Source of the DNA: Granulicatella adiacens
Lineage (GTDB): Bacteria > Bacillota > Bacilli > Lactobacillales > Aerococcaceae
Direction of reading: 5' to 3'
DNA length: 64,000 bases
Assembly (NCBI GenBank): GCA_018364485.1
Contig: JAGZLX010000001.1
Span: 435 to 64,434 of the forward strand
Numbering within the stretch: the first letter of the stretch is position 1; each line of letters begins with the position of its first letter. The translations under genes and the position numbers were made by a program. Of the stretch, positions 60,301-64,000 are shown in pieces. The notes beneath the pieces were generated by a model, which was not told where the DNA came from, made no database searches, and saw only the letters and a program-made list of their open reading frames with translations.

Positions 60301-61182
60301 ATGGAGTTGTTAGTTCAACAATTGGTAAACGGGCTAGCAGTCGGAAGTATTTACGCGTTGATTGCACTTGGATATACCATGGTTTATGGAACAATTAAGC
60401 TCATTAACTTCGCACACGGGGATGTGTACATGATGGGGGCGTTCATTGGATATTTTGCCGTAATGGTCTTGAAGATGAATGTATTCGTAGCGCTCTTGGT
60501 AGCGATGGTTGCTTGTGCGGTCTTAGGGGTTGTGATTGAACGTGTGGCCTACAAGCCGCTTCGTAAATCCACTCGTGTAGCCGCGTTGATTACGGCGATC
60601 GGGGTGTCATACCTATTAGAAAATGCAATGAGTTATTTCTTTGGAGCGGAATCTCGTCCGTTTCCTTCAGACTTCGGAACTGAAACGATCACATTATTCG
60701 GAGACGTTTCAGTCAATGGAAAACAAATTTTGATTTTCGGAGTTACCGTAGTCTTAATGGCGTTATTACAATTTATCGTTCGTTATACAAAAATGGGGAA
60801 AGCCATGCGTGCGGTTGCCGTGGATGAGCAAGCAGCTCAACTGATGGGGATTGACGTAGACGGAGTGATTTCCTTTACATTCGCACTCGGTTCAGCGCTT
60901 GCCGGGATTGCCGGAGTCCTTGTTGGAGTGTACTACAATACGATTTCAACAACAATGGGGATTACAGTCGGACTAAAAGCCTTTGTTGCGGCCGTACTTG
61001 GTGGTATCGGTAGTATTCCTGGGGCCATGGTCGGTGGGTACCTCATCGGTTTATTAGAAACAATGGTAAGCTTCTTCGGTTACTCACCATACCGTGACGG
61101 AGTCGTTTACTTCCTATTATTCATTATTTTAATCGTGTTACCAGCTGGATTGTTTGGTAAAAATGTCAGAGAGAAAGTGTAG
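60301..61182 (+). CDS. livH: branched-chain amino acid ABC transporter permease LivH
   Basis: 293 aa BPD_transp_2 permease with typical LivH N-terminus (LVNGLAVGSIYALIALGYTMVYG). Confidence 0.9.
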   Translation: MELLVQQLVNGLAVGSIYALIALGYTMVYGTIKLINFAHGDVYMMGAFIGYFAVMVLKMNVFVALLVAMVACAVLGVVIERVAYKPLRKSTRVAALITAIGVSYLLENAMSYFFGAESRPFPSDFGTETITLFGDVSVNGKQILIFGVTVVLMALLQFIVRYTKMGKAMRAVAVDEQAAQLMGIDVDGVISFTFALGSALAGIAGVLVGVYYNTISTTMGITVGLKAFVAAVLGGIGSIPGAMVGGYLIGLLETMVSFFGYSPYRDGVVYFLLFIILIVLPAGLFGKNVREKV

Positions 61183-62154
61183 GTGAAGAAGATGCAAAGA
61201 TTTCATAAAAAGAATATTCGTTGGACGCTGTTCGCATTAGGAATGTACGCTCTTCTTTTCGTACTTGTACAAACAGGAGTGATTAACTTCTACTACGAAA
61301 GTACCTTCATTAATATCATGATCAATATCATCTACGCCGTTGGATTGAACCTTATTCTTGGGGTTGCCGGACAGTTCTCACTTGGGCATGCCGGATTTAT
61401 CGCGATTGGTTCTTATAGCGGTGCGATTCTTGGAAAAATGATGAACGGTCTTCCTGGATTATTTGCTGGGATGGCAGTCGGAGTAGTCATCTCTGTTATC
61501 GTCGCGTTCCTTGTTGGATTACCAACGCTTCGTTTAAAAGGGGACTACCTAGCGATTGCGACTCTTGGGGTTGCGGAAATCATCCGTGTTGCCGTGACAA
61601 ATATGAAAATCACAAACGGTGCTGCTGGTATCAGTGGGGTGCCTTTAACAAACACATGGACGATTACGTATATCGCCTTAGTATTAACAACCATCTTAAT
61701 CTTGAACTACACCTTCAGTAGTGCAGGTCGTGCCACTTATGCGGTCTTACAAGACGAAATTGCTGCGGAATCGATGGGGGTTCAAGTGACGAAATATAAA
61801 ATCTTGGCCTTCGTATTAGGAGCAGCCACTGCAAGTATCGGTGGAACGCTTTCTGCCACAACGCTTGGAGCGGTAACGCCAAGTGACTTCACGTTCATGA
61901 AATCAATCGAAGTGTTAATCATCGTGGTATTCGGTGGTATCGGAAGTTTCACAGGTTCATTCGTGGCGGCCGTATTACTTGGAATCATCAACCTTGTCCT
62001 ACAACCATTTGGACAATTACGTATGATCATCTATGCGGTAGCGTTAATCTTAATTATGATTTTCCGTCCAGGTGGATTGCTTGGTACTTGGGAATTCAAA
62101 CTAGGAGACTTCAAGTTTTCTAAGAAGAAAGAAACAAAGGAGAGTGGGAAGTAA
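61183..62154 (+). CDS. livM: branched-chain amino acid ABC transporter permease LivM
   Basis: 323 aa permease paired with LivH. Confidence 0.9.
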   Translation: MKKMQRFHKKNIRWTLFALGMYALLFVLVQTGVINFYYESTFINIMINIIYAVGLNLILGVAGQFSLGHAGFIAIGSYSGAILGKMMNGLPGLFAGMAVGVVISVIVAFLVGLPTLRLKGDYLAIATLGVAEIIRVAVTNMKITNGAAGISGVPLTNTWTITYIALVLTTILILNYTFSSAGRATYAVLQDEIAAESMGVQVTKYKILAFVLGAATASIGGTLSATTLGAVTPSDFTFMKSIEVLIIVVFGGIGSFTGSFVAAVLLGIINLVLQPFGQLRMIIYAVALILIMIFRPGGLLGTWEFKLGDFKFSKKKETKESGK

Positions 62155-62924
62155 TGTTATTAGAAGTTAATGGACTAACAAAAAACTTTGGCGGACTTTC
62201 TGCGGTCTCTAACGTTTCGATGAAAGTAAACAAGGGCGAGTTAATCGGACTCATCGGGCCGAACGGGGCTGGGAAAACGACTTTCTTCAACTTGTTAACA
62301 GGGGTTTATGAGCCAACAGAAGGAACGGTTAGCTTAGAAGTAGACGGACAGTTGAAAAACTTAAACGGACTTCCGCCCTACAAGCGTACAAGCCTAGGGA
62401 TGGCGCGTACCTTCCAAAATATTCGCTTGTTTAAAGATTTAACGGTACTCGAAAATGTAATGATTGCCATGCACGCACACTCGAGCGATTCATTGTTCTC
62501 AACATTATTCCGTACGAAGAAATACTATGATACAGAAGCGAAAATGCGCGAAGAAGCGGTTGAATTGCTAAAGATTTTCGAGTTAGATACACTCAAAGAT
62601 GAAAAGGCAAAAAACTTAGCTTATGGGCAACAACGTGAATTGGAAATCGTTCGTGCCTTAGCGACAAAACCAAAAGTCTTATTTTTAGATGAACCTGCAG
62701 CGGGGATGAACCCTCAAGAAACGGCTCAATTAACCGAATTGATTGCCAAAATTCAAAGAGAATTTGATTTAACCGTTGTGTTAATCGAACACGATATGTC
62801 GCTTGTCATGAAAATCTGCCAACGCATTTACGTGTTGGAATATGGAAGACTGCTTGCAGAAGGAACTCCAGAAGAAATCAAACAAAATCCTGCAGTTATT
62901 AAAGCGTACTTAGGAGGTGAGTAG
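62154..62924 (+). CDS. livG: branched-chain amino acid ABC transporter ATP-binding protein LivG
   Basis: Walker A (GPNGAGKTT), ABC signature (LAYGQQRELEI) and Walker B (LFLDEPAAGM). Confidence 0.9.
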   Translation: MLLEVNGLTKNFGGLSAVSNVSMKVNKGELIGLIGPNGAGKTTFFNLLTGVYEPTEGTVSLEVDGQLKNLNGLPPYKRTSLGMARTFQNIRLFKDLTVLENVMIAMHAHSSDSLFSTLFRTKKYYDTEAKMREEAVELLKIFELDTLKDEKAKNLAYGQQRELEIVRALATKPKVLFLDEPAAGMNPQETAQLTELIAKIQREFDLTVVLIEHDMSLVMKICQRIYVLEYGRLLAEGTPEEIKQNPAVIKAYLGGE

Positions 62925-63629
62925 ATGTTAGAAGTTAAAAATTTATCAGTTCATTACGGAATGATTCAAGCCGTACGTAATGTGGATTTTACAGTCAATG
63001 AAGGGGAAATCGTGTCTTTAATCGGGGCAAACGGTGCCGGAAAGTCAACCATCTTGAAGACTTTATCAGGACTCATCCATCCTTCAGAAGGCGAAATCGT
63101 CTACTTAGGTGAGAACATCGCTTCGACATCTGCGAAGAAAATCGTTGAGAAAGGGCTCGTGCAAGTGCCGGAAGGTCGTCACGTATTCCCAGGATTAACG
63201 GTAAAAGAAAACCTTGAACTAGGGGCTTTTCTACGTAAGGATAAAGAAGAAATTCAAAAAGATATGGAAGCCGTCTTCGAACGTTTCCCAATCTTGAAAG
63301 AACGTAAAGACCAAGATGCACAAACGCTCTCAGGTGGGGAACAACAAATGTTAGCGATGGGCCGTGCATTAATGAGCCGTCCAAAACTATTATTGTTGGA
63401 TGAACCTTCAATGGGGTTAGCGCCAATCTTCATCCGCGAGATTTTCAAAATCATTCAAGAAATCCAAAAGACAGGGACAACAGTTTTATTAATCGAGCAA
63501 AATGCGAAAATGGCATTGTCGATTTCAAATCGTGCGTATGTACTAGAAACTGGATCAGTGGTTCTTAGCGGTACAGGACAAGAGTTGTTAGAAAGTGATG
63601 AAATTCAGAAAGCATATCTAGGAGGGTAA
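62925..63629 (+). CDS. livF: branched-chain amino acid ABC transporter ATP-binding protein LivF
   Basis: Walker A (GANGAGKST), signature (LSGGEQQMLAM) and Walker B (LLLDEPSMG). Confidence 0.9.
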   Translation: MLEVKNLSVHYGMIQAVRNVDFTVNEGEIVSLIGANGAGKSTILKTLSGLIHPSEGEIVYLGENIASTSAKKIVEKGLVQVPEGRHVFPGLTVKENLELGAFLRKDKEEIQKDMEAVFERFPILKERKDQDAQTLSGGEQQMLAMGRALMSRPKLLLLDEPSMGLAPIFIREIFKIIQEIQKTGTTVLLIEQNAKMALSISNRAYVLETGSVVLSGTGQELLESDEIQKAYLGG

Positions 63630-63631
63630 TC

Positions 63632-64000
63632 ATGGAAGTTAAAGATTATATGTCAACCAACGTTATTACAGTAACGCCTGAAACAACGGTTATGAAAGCT
63701 CTAGACTTAATGAAGGAGCACGACATTCACCGCTTGCCAGTTGTGGAAGATGGGAAATTAGTCGGACTGTTAACAGAAGAACTTGTTGCAGGGCATTCAC
63801 CTTCAATGGCGACAAGCCTATCGATGCATGAGTTGAACTACTTATTAAACAAGACGGCTGCAAGCGAAATTATGCAAAAGCAAGTTTTAACAGTGAAGGC
63901 TCATACATTATTAGAAGAAGCGGCGTCTCTGATGCGTCAACAAAAAGTCGGCGTCCTGCCAGTCGTAGATGCGCGTGGACACGTGGAAGGGATTATTACC
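63632..64000 (+). CDS. CBS-domain protein (partial; runs off the window end)
   Basis: ATG 63632 with SD GGAGGG; two CBS-like repeats (VITVTPETTVMKALDLMKEHDIHRLPVV; VLTVKAHTLLEEAASLMRQQKVGVLPVV). Absent from the ORF track because there is no stop within the window. Confidence 0.6.
   Translation, partial: MEVKDYMSTNVITVTPETTVMKALDLMKEHDIHRLPVVEDGKLVGLLTEELVAGHSPSMATSLSMHELNYLLNKTAASEIMQKQVLTVKAHTLLEEAASLMRQQKVGVLPVVDARGHVEGIIT

Overview
This 64 kb window is a chromosomal segment from a low-GC Gram-positive bacterium, probably Lactobacillales (Enterococcaceae- or Carnobacteriaceae-like); overall GC looks about 43-45% by eye. It is mostly housekeeping and metabolic genes, densely packed and mainly co-directional within operons.

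In order along the window:
- 43-2620: a block of five small proteins of unknown function, possibly an immunity-gene-like island cut by the window edge.
- 2702-5276: a copA-copZ copper efflux operon with a perfect cop box (TACAAATGTA) in its promoter, and no copY in cis.
- 5684-12675: a GalNAc/tagatose catabolic locus on the minus strand (GntR regulator, agaS, agaA, a short LacD-family aldolase), fused to a fructose-type PTS IIA/IIBC plus a PfkB sugar kinase, with a divergent RpiR regulator.
- 13610-17182: sdaAB-sdaAA-msrA, then a convergent class I aminotransferase.
- 17440-22274: mnmE, a NUDIX hydrolase, mnmG and rsmG.
- 22292-26975: lipoproteins, a YejK/NdpA-like nucleoid protein, ogt, a YgaE-like membrane protein, and a ComX/SigH-like alternative sigma factor followed by a 46-aa acidic ORF.
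- 27083-30592: a preQ1-I riboswitch upstream of queT, an MBL-fold hydrolase, then tatD-rnmV-ksgA.
- 30690-33507: an Ltp-domain membrane protein, an ArsR/SdpR-like plus SdpI-like pair, three tandem paralogous small proteins, and an unannotated 31-aa hydrophobic peptide.
- 33733-39340: cdaA-cdaR-glmM, a Zur-box-preceded zinc-independent S14 (rpsN) with a trailing 36-aa basic ORF, a thioesterase, a TVP38/DedA protein and yidD.
- 39433-45830: a complete lactate racemase (Lar) system: larA-larB-larC-larD on the minus strand, divergent from larR-larE. larC is a single fused ORF with a roughly 80-residue His-rich insert.
- 46176-50347: a GntP permease, glycerate kinase and a D-Ala-D-Ala carboxypeptidase.
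- 50366-51950: a T-box leader and serS.
- 52937-64000: a membrane glycerophosphodiester phosphodiesterase, a lipoprotein, a Udp-like phosphorylase with atypical codon usage, an Mga/RofA-like regulator, livJHMGF and a partial CBS-domain gene.

The most striking non-coding feature is a modular family of about 180-260 bp palindromic, MITE-like intergenic repeats. At least eight copies occur, including a roughly 1 kb gene-free region downstream of serS made largely of these repeats and further direct repeats. No rRNA, tRNA, CRISPR array, transposase or prophage was found.
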